In this document: positions 24,621-38,310 of the stretch, piece after piece
Layout: every line of letters begins with the position of its first letter
Numbering within the stretch: position 1 is the first letter of the stretch
Source of the DNA: Octopus sinensis
Lineage: Eukaryota
Direction of reading: 5' to 3'
NCBI RefSeq assembly: GCF_006345805.1
Contig: NC_043002.1
Span: forward strand, 30,504,001 to 30,568,000
Length of the DNA: 64,000 nt
Made by a program: the position numbers and the translations under genes
Notes under the pieces: generated by a model
What the model saw: the letters and a program-made list of their open reading frames with translations, nothing else
The model's database searches: none
What the model was told of the DNA's origin: nothing

Positions 24621-25560
24621 CCGGCGCAAGCGCGTGTGTGCGCGCGCCTGTGAGTGTGTGTGTAAGTATGTATGTGTGTGGATGGGTGTGAGTGTGTTTG
24701 TGTGTATGTCTGGGTGTCAGTGTGTCCGATGAATGTATGTAAGTATGTGTGTATATATGTGTGTGCATAGATGTATGTCTGTGTGTGTGTGTGTGTGTGT
24801 ATGCGTATTATGAGTGTGTAGGTGTACGTGTGGGTGTGGGGAGTGTGTGTATGTGCATGTGTGTGCGCGTACATACAGGTGTGTGAGTGAGTGAGTGTGT
24901 GTGTATGTATGTGTGAGTGTGTATGTATGTGTGTGTAGGATGCATGTATGTGTATGGGTGTATGTATGTGTGTGTATGTATGTATGTGTACGTGTGTGTG
25001 TGTGTATGCATGTATGCATGTATGCGTCTAGGTGTGCGCGTGTGCATGCATGCATGCATGTGCGTATGTGTGTGTGTGCATGTGTGTGGGTATATATGTA
25101 TGTGCGTATATGTGTGTGTATGTGCGTACATGTGTGTGTGTGTATGCATGTGTGTGTGTATGTAGGTGTGTAGGCATGTGTGTATAGGTGTATGTATGTA
25201 AGTATGTATGGGTGTGTCCGTGTATGTGTGTGTATGTATGTGTGTGTATGTAGGTGTGTGGGCGTGTGTGTATAGGTGTATGTATGTATGTCTGGGTGTG
25301 TCCGTGCATGTTTGTGTGTGTGTGTGTGTGCATGTGTATGTAGGTGTATGTGTACGTGTGTAATGTATGTGTGTATGCGTGTGTGTGCGTGTGTATGCGT
25401 GCGTGTGTGTATGTAGGTGCGTATGTATGTGTGTGGGAGTGTAGGTGTGTGTGTGCGTGTGCGTGTTTATGTTGGTGTGTGCGTATGTGAGTGTGAGTGT
25501 AGGGTGTGTTTGTCATGCATGTGTGTGCGCCGTGCAGGCGAGTGATATATATATATACAC
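24620..25560. repeat. Degenerate (TG)/(TATG)-rich low-complexity tract
   Basis: Direct reading. Confidence 0.9.
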
Positions 25561-25690
25561 ACACATATGTTCGTTTGAAAGTGTGTATATGTGGTATCTG
25601 TCTATCTGTCTCTCGCTCTTGCCCTACTTCTCTCTCTCTCTCTCTCTTGCTCTCTGTCACACACACACAACACTATATATATTATTCTAT

Positions 25691-25732
<42 letters not shown>

Positions 25733-25746
25733 TGTATGTATGTATG

Positions 25747-25778
<32 letters not shown>

Positions 25779-26468
25779 AAGATTAGTTTCGATATGAATA
25801 GAGATTTCTGGAAGGCAAGTCGGTACACTCTATATTAATGACGTGCTTGCAACCGCTTGTCTTATTGGGCGAATTCACTTGATCAAGTCAGTCCCGAGCC
25901 AACTTCAAACGGATTTATTGTAGTTATAGGTCTGCTGTAGACCTAGTTCGCGTTCAATCAAATGAGCTGACTGATCGATCAAACACAGAGCAAAATCAGT
26001 TCATGATGAGCCATGCTGGGGTGATTTGTGTGCCTCAATAACCCTGACAGCTATGCCAGTGGAGCGGAAGCTCCTGAAAGGGCTTCTTATGCTGGCCATC
26101 CATCATAGTGTGATTTCTTCGGTGAAGAAATTTTGAATAGATCAGAGACTTAATGTCCTTCACATCTGGATCGCAGACATTTTTCGAACTCCTTGATGCT
26201 CTAATTTTATCGTTAGAAATTCGAGAGTGTATAATATATTGCCAAATATAAATTCAACCGGAACTACAGTGCAATCAATCTGGTGTATGAAACGCAGGAC
26301 AAACAACAAAACAATCCTTCGTGTACACAATCAATGTCTCTGTGCTGCTTCTCTATGGGATTGTTGAACTATTGCTATCAAGTATTAAACTGATCCGGAT
26401 GTTAATCGGCTATCTTACACTGCGTACTGTGTGAAAGCGTATATTTACATATTGCAATAAACATGCTT

Positions 26469-26633
26469 GGACGCGTGGCTGTGTGGTACAAAGCTTGCTT
26501 TCCAACCACATGGTTTTGCGTTTGGTCCCACTGATTGGTAACTTGGGCAAGTGTCTTCAATTATAATAATATACGGCAATAACTAAAGAATGAGGCCGGG
26601 ATATAAGATAAATAGAGGATTATTTTAATATGT

Positions 26634-26672
<39 letters not shown>

Positions 26673-26756
26673 TGTGTGGGTGTTTTAATTTGAATCCCAT
26701 CGCCGCTTGACAACCGGTGTTGTGGTTACGTTCTCGTAAGTTACCGGCTCGATAAA
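26469..26756 (+). mobile_element. SINE B, diverged
   Basis: gtggctgtgtggtacaaagcttgctttccaaccacatgg...cttgggcaagtgtcttc. Confidence 0.8.
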
Positions 26757-26760
26757 TGCT

Positions 26761-27080
26761 ATTCTTTAAGCTTGTTTCTGTCATCTGACTGCGGCCATGC
26801 TAGAGAACCGCCTTTAGTCGAACAAATCGACTGTAGGACTTATAATTTGTAAGCCTAGAACTTATTCTACCGGCCTCTTTTGCCGAACCGTTAAGTTAGG
26901 AGGGACGTAAACACACCAACATAGCTTGTTATGTAATGGTGGAGGGAAAACACGGACACAGACACAAGCACACAAACACACACACGCGCACACACATACG
27001 ACGGGCTTCTTTCAGTTTCTGTCTGCGAAATCTACTCACAAATCTTTGGTCGAACCAAAGCTGCAATAGAAGACACTTGC
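26761..27080 (-). mobile_element. SINE B, tail-to-tail with the previous copy
   Basis: gactgcggccatgctag...acgggcttctttcagtttc...gaagacacttgc. Confidence 0.85.
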
Positions 27081-27769
27081 TTTATGTTCACTTTCACGGA
27101 GCAGCTGATCTCCACAAATGTACTCAATTTCTCTTCTCTAACGCAAATCATTATGTCCGGTCTTCATTTACATTTTATTAAGGTTTTCACTCAATAAGGG
27201 TTTTCCAACAGTACTCCTTCGTCTGTATGTATGTGTGAATGTGTGGGCATGCATGTATGCATATATGTATGTAAGGTATGTATGTATGTATGTATGTATG
27301 TATGTATGTATGTATGTATGTATGTATGTATGTATGTTTGTATATATGTATGTATGCAAGTCTACATGTATACATATATATATATATGTATGTATACTTA
27401 TCGTCTATAAAGAAACAGTCGGAAGCTACTCATGAGATTTGAACCCACATCTCCGGTAATTATGGAAGACGTTCTACCACCGTATGCACAAGAGTGTGTG
27501 AGAGAAAGAGAGAGTTACACAGACAGACACAGGCAGTCACACAGAAAGGTGTTTTGCGGTAAACAAACAAACCAACGTAACTGGTTTCAGTGCTTGTTGA
27601 AGCATCATCAGAGATCGAATACTCACTTCCTGATCACATCGAATATTATAAACACTAGACTCTGTTCTTCTGACATTCCTTCTTTGATTCGATCTTTTAA
27701 TGACCTCCCTTCCATTTACCGACCTCCTTTTTCTTGTTTTCTGTTATTGGTTTCCTACCTCCTCAACCA

Positions 27770-27885
27770 CGAACACCACCATCACCGCCACCACCAGCAT
27801 CAGCACCAGCACCAGCACCAGCACCAGCACCAGCATCAGCACCACCACCACCACCACCACCACCACCACCGCCACCACCACCACC

Positions 27886-27961
<76 letters not shown>

Positions 27962-27965
27962 CACT
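27770..27965. repeat. Compound (CACCAG)n-(CAC)n-(TAC)n repeat
   Basis: Direct reading. Confidence 0.92.
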
Positions 27966-28429
27966 ACTTGCTCAATATCAGTCAGCAGTCGCGGTATTTC
28001 GGCAATGTTCCCAGCACCGCATGCGTTGCCATTTCTCCCTAAATTTCTAACAACCTTTGGGAATGGTAAGCGCAGCTTTTCAACATAAAAATAAATAACA
28101 ATCTCGAATTTCTACATCAATTGTCAGTTAAGGATGGAAGTGGGGAGAAGGGGAGAGAGTGGTGTAGAAAGATGGCGATATCATATGATACGTTTGTGTG
28201 TGAATGCGTTTTATATACATGTGGTGTGTGTGTGTGTGTTTGTATTTCTGCGTGTGTGTGTTAGTTTGTGTGATTGTGTATTTCTCATTGCATCTATCGA
28301 TATATCATTATGTAATAGATAGAGAGCACTCGATGATATAGAGTAAAGTGATATATGTGTGATTGCATTGGTTTATACAAACGCATACGCATGTCCTTAG
28401 TTCTATCTACACACACACATACATATATG

Positions 28430-28471
<42 letters not shown>

Positions 28472-28535
28472 CATTGAACGCAACGCATCCATTTCCAAGC
28501 AGGTCTATATATATATATGTAGCAGCAGCGGCTGC

Positions 28536-28651
28536 GTGGTTTCGGGTTCAGTCCCACTGCGTGGCACCTTGGGCAAGTGTCTTCTACTATAGCCACGGGC
28601 CGACCAAAGACTTGTGAGTGGTTTTGGTGGATGGAAACTGAAAGAAGCCCG

Positions 28652-28713
<62 letters not shown>

Positions 28714-28862
28714 GTATGCATGTATGTTTGTGTGTATGTGTTTGTCCACCCCCCACCATCACTTGACAACCGATGTTGGTGTTTAGGTCTTTGTAACTTA
28801 GCGGTTCGGCAAAAAGGGAACGATAGTATAAGTACTAGGCTTACAAAGAATAAGTCCAGGGA
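28536..28862 (+). mobile_element. SINE B with internal (CA)n
   Basis: gggttcagtcccactgcgtggcaccttgggcaagtgtcttctactatagcc. Confidence 0.9.
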
Positions 28863-29048
28863 AAGATAGGAAGAGAGAGAGAGAGATGAAGAGATACATA
28901 GATAAGGGGAGAGAGAGAGGAGAGAAGAATGTGTGGATGGAGTGATGGATAGATTGATGGATATACAGACAGATACATAAACTAATGGATTAGAGTTCTG
29001 TCAAGTAAAAAAAAAATTACATATTTACACACAATCGTAGTTTCCCAG

Positions 29049-29098
<50 letters not shown>

Positions 29099-29421
29099 GC
29101 ACACACACACGTGCACACGCACATACCCGAACACATACGTGGGTACATTGATCATTTAGAGACATTAAATTGAAGACACAGAGAGACAATAGTGATCTTC
29201 GAGTGACTAAGTAGAATTGTAGGGGATAGGAAATAATGTGTTTTAGTCGTAGTAACGGTGGGTGGTGGAGTTTGTTTTCCTTTTTTTTTTATCCTTGATG
29301 GGGTGGAAGCCGGGTGGATAGGATATGAAATCGGGTGGTGTAACGTAACATGACCAGTGAACGGGAAAAATTGCCTGGGATACGTTATTGCACCTGACAC
29401 GTATATATAATATATCTTACA

Positions 29422-29463
<42 letters not shown>

Positions 29464-30289
29464 ATATATATATATATAGATATAGACAAGAGAGAGGGGA
29501 GACAGATCACATGTACATATAAGTATACAATATAATACATATATATTTATAAAATCATGTATACATATGTATATATATATACATACTCACACATGAATAT
29601 AAATAGTAGTAAATTGATAGATAGACAGACAAACTAACTGGCAGAAGATAGATAGATTTGTAGGTTGGCTCACATACGTCTGTGGAAATGTGCTTGTGTG
29701 TGTATGTGTGTGTGTGTGTGTGTGTATGTGTAGGGATCATTGACACATACACCTTCCAGGTGCAGTAACGGCTACCGATGACGTCATAATGCATGAGTTT
29801 AGAAGATTACTTAAGCGAAAGCCTACATGGCACCCTCCATGCTGGCACTTCATTCAGTCTACTAGAAACAGCAGCAAATGTCCCACAAATCCCATCCAAC
29901 AGCCTTAAGGCGAGAATCACTGAATAACAATTATAGCATGAATCTTGGCATTAAAAAAAGAAAACATGTTCCTCACGATTGTTTGCCTTTGACTGTTGGT
30001 CATTTCGACCACGTTTGGTCAGTGGCTAAGCTACGTTAAAAACAAGAGAATAACACACACAAATAGAAAAAATATATATGAACTATTCTAGCTTTATTGG
30101 TATTGTCGTCTTTTCTTGTATGGAGTCTGCTCCATTTGCAACCAAGCGAAGTTTGTCCCATCTGCATCCATACGACTCTACCCAACACTGTTCTCTCTCT
30201 CCCACTTTCGTTTTCTCTCGCTACCTTTCTCTAATTCTTATTTTCTCCCCTTCACCGTTTTCTCCACGTCTCTCTCCCTCTTCCGCCTT

Positions 30290-30730
30290 TACTCTCTCGT
30301 TGCTCACACGTGACCATCGTCATCTTTCTTTACCTTCAGTCTGTCGCATAGACCAGACGCATTCTTAACTGTCTCTTCCTGTATCTTTTCTCTTGTCAAA
30401 GAATATTCCTCCAGTGTTCGCTACTTTACCTCGTCTAGCCTAAAAGCTCTCCATGTTTCTTTTCGTTTGGTTTGTTGTATGTATCCACTGTCCTGTTTTT
30501 GTTACCAACTTTGACCCTCCGCAAATCCCAAATTTTATTTTAGTTCGCGGGAGCCTCATATTGTCGTTAATTGCTCTAAATGTGGAGTAGATGAACAGCC
30601 GACAACTGATGAAGGGTCGTTCTTTATGTTACTTGTCTTGTTCTCCATTTCTTTCACTCGTTGTTCGAATACCCAAATTTGCCTTCATAATTCATGTTGT
30701 TTACGTTTTGTAACGTCATGTACACATATA
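30290..30730 (+). mobile_element. Family P2 element (Penelope-like pseudo-LTR, inferred)
   Basis: tttgaccctccgcaaatcccaaattttattt and gacaactgatgaagggtcgttc shared with 57770-57910. Confidence 0.6.
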
Positions 30731-30865
30731 TGTGACCTCATGTAGACATCCATTTCCAAGTAAGTTTATCTTAGATAGATAGATATATAGTAGATAGCTA
30801 AATAGATAAATAGATAGATAAATACATATATATGCATTATCTATGTGTGTGCATATATATGTATA

Positions 30866-30926
<61 letters not shown>

Positions 30927-31921
30927 TAGGTATACGCACACGCTCACACACACATATATAATCTTGAAACATAAATCACAATCATGATTTTAATGCATGT
31001 TCAAAAGAAATACTTTTCTTTATAGACTCACACACATACAAACACACACCACAAAACATTCACACGAATACCTATGAGGGTGCCTGAGATGTGAATCTGC
31101 CTATCTATATATTCATGTATGTATATGTGGTTCCCTGTCTGTCTATCTCTGGATGTGTATGTGTGCGTGCGTGTGTATTTATCTGTCTGTAGGTGGGTGG
31201 GTGTGTGTGTGTGTGTGTGTGTGTGAAAAGCATATCGCATGTGTTCATTCCACGAATATTTTATTTATAATTGTTTTTGACTGCCAACTTACAGGAAGTA
31301 CGTAACAAATTATATTTCCTTTCCACGAGAAAAATGTTAAATATACTAGAAAATATTGAACAGATATATAGAAACGAGGTGGTTTATATACATATATGTT
31401 ATATGCGTGTGTACATGCATTGATTTATAAACTTCTCTCTCTCTCTCTCTCTCACTTTCTTTCTCTCTATATATATAGATATATACATACGTATGTGCGT
31501 GTGCGCGTGTGTGAGTGTGTGTGTGTATGTGTGTGTAGATGGGTATATGTATACAAATGAGTGTTTTGAAGAACAGAAATTATATATATATGATCTACTC
31601 ACCATGTTTAGCAACCACTCATTCCACATGAGATATAAATATGTAATTTTTAAAGCTCTTTTACCATATATACTCACTTAAGCATACCCGCTCTTTCTCT
31701 CTTCCCTCCTCTCTCACTTTCTTTGTACACACACACATTATGTCATATTGAGGTTTGTAAAGATTACACATCCCTAACCAGAAATCAATCTATGGTTAAA
31801 CCTTTTAAAAATAGTTTGGTTATTCCCTCGCTTTCAGTCCGTGTCTACGTTATAAATAAGGTAGTTTTAGAGCCAGTTGGTGTCTTCTTCTAGCATGTGG
31901 TGTTACTCAGTAGTTGCCCTT

Positions 31922-32160
31922 ATTACCTCCGCCGCAGCGAAGGCGGAGCTATTGTTTTCAGTCGCGTTTATTTGTTTGTCCGTGAACAAGATATCTCATG
32001 AACCGCTAGATGGAATCGGATAATACTTTCAGAGATGTTTGACCCCGTGACTGGGACGAACTGATTAGATTTTGGGATCGATCCGGTACCGGACAAGGAT
32101 TCTGGATTAATTTTTCTGGTTTTTTTTACTTAATTTTTGAGAGTGGTCGGGTTCATTTTG
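31922..32160 (+). mobile_element. Helentron-associated (HINE/DINE-1-like) element, 5' fragment
   Basis: attacctccgcc...ggcggag subterminal hairpin, then tttgtttgtccgtgaacaagatatctc; 3' end not seen. Confidence 0.65.
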
Positions 32161-32205
32161 CCTTACGATATGGAACATCTCTTATTTAACTCTTTTTAAA
32201 GAATA

Positions 32206-32528
32206 GCACTCCATCGGTTACGACGACGAGGTTCCTGTTTATGTGATCAATGGAACAGTCTGCTCGTAAAATTAATGCGCATGTGACTGGGCACTACAGG
32301 GACATGCATATCATTAACGTAGTTCTCAGGTAGATTCAGCCTCATACAGAATGTGACAAGGCTAGCCCCTTTCAATTATAGCTACAACCTATTTTTGCCA
32401 GCTGAGTGGACTGCAGTAAGGTGAAGCAGAGTACTTTGCTCAAGAACACAGCACGCTGCCAGGAATCGTACTTATTACCATCCGATCGTGGGTCGAATAC
32501 TCCTAACCACCGAACCATACACCTTCAC
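32206..32528 (-). mobile_element. tRNA-headed CORE-like SINE family C
   Basis: Minus: gtgaaggtgtatggttcggtggttagg head, cgattcctgg box B-like, tgtgttcttgagcaaagtact CORE-like segment, tail ctcgtcgtcgtaaccgatggagtgc. Confidence 0.75.
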
Positions 32529-33032
32529 TCTCTTAACTGTAGTGAAATGGAATGAAGCGATAGATACAGGGAAAGGAAAGCCTCAGTCATTTAAAATGAC
32601 AAACTGAAATACATTCGATCTTGTCTAGTTTCTTTACGTTAAATGAAGAAGATGGAAAGAGATTTAGTAATGAATAGAGGGGAAGTTTTTCAGGTGTTTA
32701 GGTTTTCATTCTGGGAGTTCTACAAGGATCATGTGTTTGTTCTTTCTTCTTTTTCCCACCCCCGGTACTTGTTTGATAGTTCTTCATATCTTTTAGTTGG
32801 GGAGAAAGACCATGTTTCTTTATTCAGGCACGTATAACGTTTTCTCTACAAACTACAAACAAGACCCCCTCCCTTCCTGTTTTTTTTTTCATACAAAAAC
32901 AAAGGCAAATTTTGGACGGTGTATATTTGTAAAGAGAGCCCAGAAAAGTGGCTAACACTCCCTACAAAAATGGGTGTGGAAGAAAATTTGCCAACAGGTG
33001 GCTACACGAAATTCAACTCTAAACTTTATGGA

Positions 33033-33243
33033 GCGTTTTCTACTATAGCCTCGGGCTGACCAAAGCCATGTGAGTGGATTTGGTAGATGGAAACTGAACG
33101 AAGCCTGTCGTATGTGTGCGTATGTGTATGTGCATGTCCCACCACCACCACCACCAGCGCTTGACAACCGATATTGGTGTGTTTGCGTCCCCGTAACTTA
33201 GCGGTTCGGCAGTCGAGACAGATAGAGTAAGCAACAGACTTAC
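33033..33243 (+). mobile_element. SINE B, internal part
   Basis: ttctactatagcctcgggctgaccaaagccatgtgagtggatttggtagatggaaactg. Confidence 0.85.
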
Positions 33244-33244
33244 A

Positions 33245-33474
33245 GGGGGTTTCCCTCAACGCCTAGGTTTAGCCAGAACACTGTGATTTCGCATTTATAT
33301 TAATGCTCGTCAGTGACTCTCACTTATAACCGACTCTTACCTATAACTCTTATAAACTGACAAGGCGAGTTGAGTTTAACCCAAGGGGCTAGGTGAGAGA
33401 CAATGACGAGCATTAATATTAATGTGAAAACACAGTGATATTGCTATGCCTGGGCGATGAAGGAGGTTGCCTCC
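33245..33474. mobile_element. MITE-like fold-back with ~80-bp arms, interrupting the SINE B tail
   Basis: cactgtgatttcgcatttatattaatgctcgtca / tgacgagcattaatattaatgtgaaaacacagtg. Confidence 0.7.
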
Positions 33475-33651
33475 ATTGTTAGTCATTAAAATAAGTGCTT
33501 ATGTGGCTATGAGTTGTTTTAACTCTTATTTTTAGCAATATTAGTGCTGACTGGTGCTCTCAGTGACTTTATTGGCGTATATACATTTCTGCCTTTTGGT
33601 TGTAAAATTACGAAGAGTCCACCCATGTATGTGTGTGTGTGTGTGTGGTGT

Positions 33652-33685
<34 letters not shown>

Positions 33686-33714
33686 ACGTGTGTATGTGTG
33701 AATGTGTGTTTAAG

Positions 33715-33749
<35 letters not shown>

Positions 33750-34532
33750 ATATATATAGAGAGAGAGAGAGAGAGAGAGTGAGAGACAGACAGACACAGA
33801 GAGAAAGGAGTATTTATTGAGAATACGTATCTATCCATCAATTCATGTAGTTATTTATATCCATATCCCTATATCTATTTACCTATCAATTTACCTAACT
33901 ACTCACACAGACCCCCCCCACACACACACACATGCTTAGTTTGACACCATCAACTATGAACTTGGGTACATTTAGTGAAGTTCCCTACGTTGCAAGCACT
34001 CGGACAATGTTTCTGGCTTGATAATAACTTCCTCCCTCTAAGATTGCAGACTTTATGAAATTTCAAGATCACTACCTGATTCGAAACCTTATTCAGCTGG
34101 TAAAATCGTTATTTCGATGGGAAAAATAATATGGTACGGTACGGTACTTGTTCCGGCACTATAAGTTCGGAGGTCTTATCCCATCCAGGTTAGTTAAGAC
34201 TTTTACTGCCTTCAAGGTCGACGTAATAAAGTATCAGCTAAATGCGGGGATAGATGGTATCCATTGACTCCCTTCATTCGTTATTACTAGCCTGGTACAT
34301 AATTTAGAAACAATTCTCAATGACGATACCCAAACGTGGCCTAAGGCCCTGGAGGAATTTAGTAAAAGTGAAATTGAATGTGTATATTTATACATGCACA
34401 CATAGATACACAGACATACAGATATACATCCATTTATTGGCGAATAAAGAAGTGGTACACATACAATTATAAATATATATGTATTAAAATATATAATCAA
34501 TATAAATATATATGCTTAAATGCAGTCACACA

Positions 34533-34565
<33 letters not shown>

Positions 34566-34704
34566 ATAAGGAATACCGGTTAAACCACCCATACCTGGAT
34601 ACAACTCACTCAACAAGAACTCACTACTTGAGTGGACCATACACAAAACTCGACTTAATCAGGATTTAGATAATCATGTAGTTATTAAGTTAGAGATGGC
34701 CTGG

Positions 34705-35015
34705 ACCGGATTCAGTCCCACTGCGTGGTTATGTGCCTTCTACTATAGCCTCGTGCAGACAAAAGATTTGTGAGTGAATTTGCTAGACGGAAACTGAACG
34801 AAGCCCGTCGTATGCCTGTCTGTTTGTCTATCTATCTATCTATGTTAATCTATTTTTGTATGTATACACTTATATGTGTTTTTTTTTTGTTGGTGTTTGT
34901 CCCCTACCATCGCTTGACAACCGATGATATTGTGTTTATATCAACGTGACATACCGATTCGACAAAATATACCAACAGAATAAGCACTAGGTTTACAAAG
35001 AATAAGTCATGGGTT
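34705..35015 (+). mobile_element. SINE B, diverged, internal (TCTA)n
   Basis: ttcagtcccactgcgtgg...ggaaactgaacgaagcccgtcgta...cgcttgacaaccgat. Confidence 0.85.
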
Positions 35016-35330
35016 TCTAGTTGGCTATACGACACAGTATCTGTGTATTAGTTTCTGGGTTATTGCCCTTTATCAACACATGCTAGCTGCTTGGCCAGAT
35101 AGCATTGCTGAATTCACCGTTCGAATATATAGTTTTCAAAGTGACATACAGTCACTGATCTAAAGCAACAGTAGCATCGTCCCTTCCAGGTGATCCACAT
35201 TATGTTGGTAAATGGCCTTTACTTTAAAGAACTGTTACTGAATGTCTCTCCAGGACTGTCACATTATCTTGGCAAATAGCCTTTACGTTATGTATATATA
35301 TTATATCATATCATATCATATTACATCATA

Positions 35331-35662
35331 AGAGAAGGAAAATCCACATAGTTTACATAGTTTTAATATTTCTTAAATATACATTACAAGTGTGAGATTT
35401 GCTTGTCGTACGATTTCGCTTTCGCTAATAATAACGATCACCAATTATTTCCCCTTAGATTTTTCTACCTGCTGATTCATTTCATTCACAAACTCCCATA
35501 CAGAACTTGGACTAAAATTTTCTTAAGAAAATACGAAATTACAATAATTTCAATGTTATGATTAGCGAAAGCGAAACCGGTCGACAAACACAACACCTTT
35601 TCACTTATAAAATACATTAAAGAATATATTAAAACTATGCACACTGTATGTATTTTCCTTCT
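35331..35662. repeat. Inverted repeat, ~105-bp diverged arms, containing a hammerhead-like motif (35554-35586)
   Basis: catagttttaatat...tttcgctttcgctaat / attagcgaaagcgaaa...atattaaaactatg. Confidence 0.85.
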
Positions 35663-35945
35663 TTTATTTTATATATATATATTTTGCATTACAACTTACC
35701 ATATGGGGATAATCGAAATTCTCGTCCTCCATTTTTTTAATATACATAAATACACACACACACACACATATACATATATATGCATACATGTAACCCGCCC
35801 AACAGTTCAGCTGTCGTGAAACCAGGATTGTTTTACATGAGAAGAATTTTTGTACTAGTCTGGAATCCGACAGTGATGATAGCTCAGAACTCGGGTTGAG
35901 TGTTTCTTTGAAAATACTCTTGACACCCTACCGAAAACTTATATA

Positions 35946-37175
35946 TTGGGTTGAAGAATAATTCATGACCGTTTTTTTTTTTTTTCAAATCTAAAAATGA
36001 ACGCAGAAATAAAGCGATTTAGCAAAATGCTTTCTATTATTTAAAAGAGTTCTTTTTTTTTTTTTTTGCTCTACATGATAATGAGTTTTGATTTTTTTGA
36101 TTTTATTGATTTTTGTGTATTTTCCGATCATGAAAATGGAATGTCAAGTGGACAAAAACAGCATTTGCGACATCATATGCTTTTTGTATTCAATCGAGGT
36201 GTTAAGGCTACCGAAGTTGTTCGTGTGGTTTGTGCTGTGTATGAAGAAAGAGAAATGCCTCAAAGTACCGCCCACCATTGGTTATCGCACTTCAAGAACG
36301 GGAATTTTGATATCAAGGGCGGATCACACACCAGTGAACCAACAGAGTTCGATGAAAAGCGAGTGGATAAATTTCTACACGAAAATCCACGTCAAACGAT
36401 CAGAGATTTGACGCAGAAGATCGATTGTGATAAAAAAAAAATGTGTGGTGGACCACCTTCACTCAACGGGCAAGGTTCAAAAACTTGGTGATTGGGTTCC
36501 ACACACTTTGAGCAAAAACAACAAAAATCAACGCTCTAAAAATGGCCGCTACTTTGCTTGCTCGACATCACTCAATACATGGTCGCTAACAACGTTTATT
36601 TTACTGCATTGTCAGTAGCGACGAAAGATAATACCTTACGTCAATGGAAGCAGCGAGAAGAATAACTTAGCCCCGACAAACAGGCGACTCCGCGAGCAAA
36701 ACAAGAACTTCACCCCCGAAAGACCATGTTGTGTCTATTGTGGAACCGGGAAGGCAAAGCTCATTACGAACTGCTTGAGCAAAACCAAATACACAATGCA
36801 GAGCTCGACTCAACGATGCAATTCAGCAAAGAAGACCGAATAGGCGAAATGGCGTAACGTGCTTCCTCACATAGCCGATATAATCAAAACCACGATTCCA
36901 GAACTCGAGTGGAAAGTGCTACCTCATCCTCCATCCTCACCTGACTTGGCACCGTCAGATTTTCATCGCTTTCGACCGTTTTCGAACGTTTTGCGCTCAA
37001 TAATGACGTGGAATTGAGGGCTTGGTTGGAGACATTCTTTAAGTCAAGATTGGGAGATTTCTATCGCTGAGGCATCGAAAAACTTCTTGAACGATGGGAG
37101 GAAGTCGTAAAACAATCTGTTGTAGATTTTGTTTAAAATAAATTTGAAAGAAGTGGTCGTGAATTATTCGTCGAT

Positions 37176-37179
<4 letters not shown>
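35946..37179 (+). mobile_element. Near full-length decayed mariner (~1.23 kb)
   Basis: TA-flanked TIRs ttgggttgaagaataattcatgacc / ggtcgtgaattattcgtcgatcaaa; QHLRHHMLFVFNRG, GKVQKLGDWVPHTLS, LHPRKTMLCLLWN, WKVLPHPPSSPDLAPSDFH; multiple frameshifts. Confidence 0.93.
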
Positions 37180-37245
<66 letters not shown>

Positions 37246-37250
37246 GAGAT

Positions 37251-37553
37251 ACCCTTCAGTCATGACTGACAATGGGACTGCACCTAGAAAGTTACCCTCC
37301 CAGGCACAAATCCGGACAAGTTTGTTTATGGAAGACCACCAGTCGCCTATGCATACCGGCCTTACCTCTCCATGTCACCAGTGTTATCCAAGAGAAAGGC
37401 AAAGACCGATGCAGCTTGGCACCTGTGACGTCGCAACTCAGTTCTACCGATGGAGCAACGTGCAATAAAGTGTCTTGCTCAAGAACACAACACGCAGCCC
37501 GGTCCGGGATTCGAGCTCACAACCTCCCAATCGTAAGCTTGACGTTCTAACCA
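37251..37553 (-). mobile_element. tRNA-headed CORE-like SINE family D (head and core like C, different tail)
   Basis: Minus: tggttagaacg...gagctcgaatcccgg, tgtgttcttgagcaagacacttta; tail also at 63345-63444. Confidence 0.78.
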
Positions 37554-38266
37554 TATATATACAAGCATACACACAACACACACACATGCACACACATATT
37601 CTTTTATTGTTTCATTCTTTTATTGTGCATGTGTGTGATTTGTGTGTGTGTGTGTGTATATATGTATACGTATATATACACACATACACACACATATATA
37701 TGTGTGTGTGTATGTATATATCCAGAGTACATAGCTGTTTGAGTGAAAACCACCATATTAATGGAGAAAGAAAGAAAGAAACAAGCAAACAAAGGAAGGA
37801 TATCACGTGTTTGTTGGACTGTATGTATATATACATATATACAGTGTGGCTTCATATATACTATGCGCACATACGAAAAATTGCATGTATGTACGTACAT
37901 GTGAGATGCTGCGTGCGCCCGGGTATATGTATACGGGCGTGGGTAATTTCTATAGATATTGGCAAGTAAATATGTATGTTAATATATGTATATTTTATTC
38001 GTGTATTTGTATGTGTGTGTACGTGCATTGTATGCGTGTGATTTTACGTGTGTCAGATGTGTGACATTTAAGTATGAATATAGAAACATATATTATTAAG
38101 ACTGCTATAATTTATTACTCTTTAGTTCTTTGGAGAGTCTTTAAACTATGTTACTTCCGACCGTTTTTTCCCTTTTCTTTATTATTTTTCCATACATTCT
38201 CTGCAAAACATAAATATTTGTTTCATTTGCCAAACAGAACTCACAAGCACACACACAACACACACA

Positions 38267-38310
<44 letters not shown>

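Noticed and set aside
25800-26460. Unique-looking block, possible coding or LINE remnant
   Set aside because: Stops in all frames examined and no recognisable motifs.
30606-30620. CTGATGAAGGG in family P2 as a ribozyme core (also ~57888)
   Set aside because: No stem II or GAAA downstream in these copies, so a fold cannot be supported.
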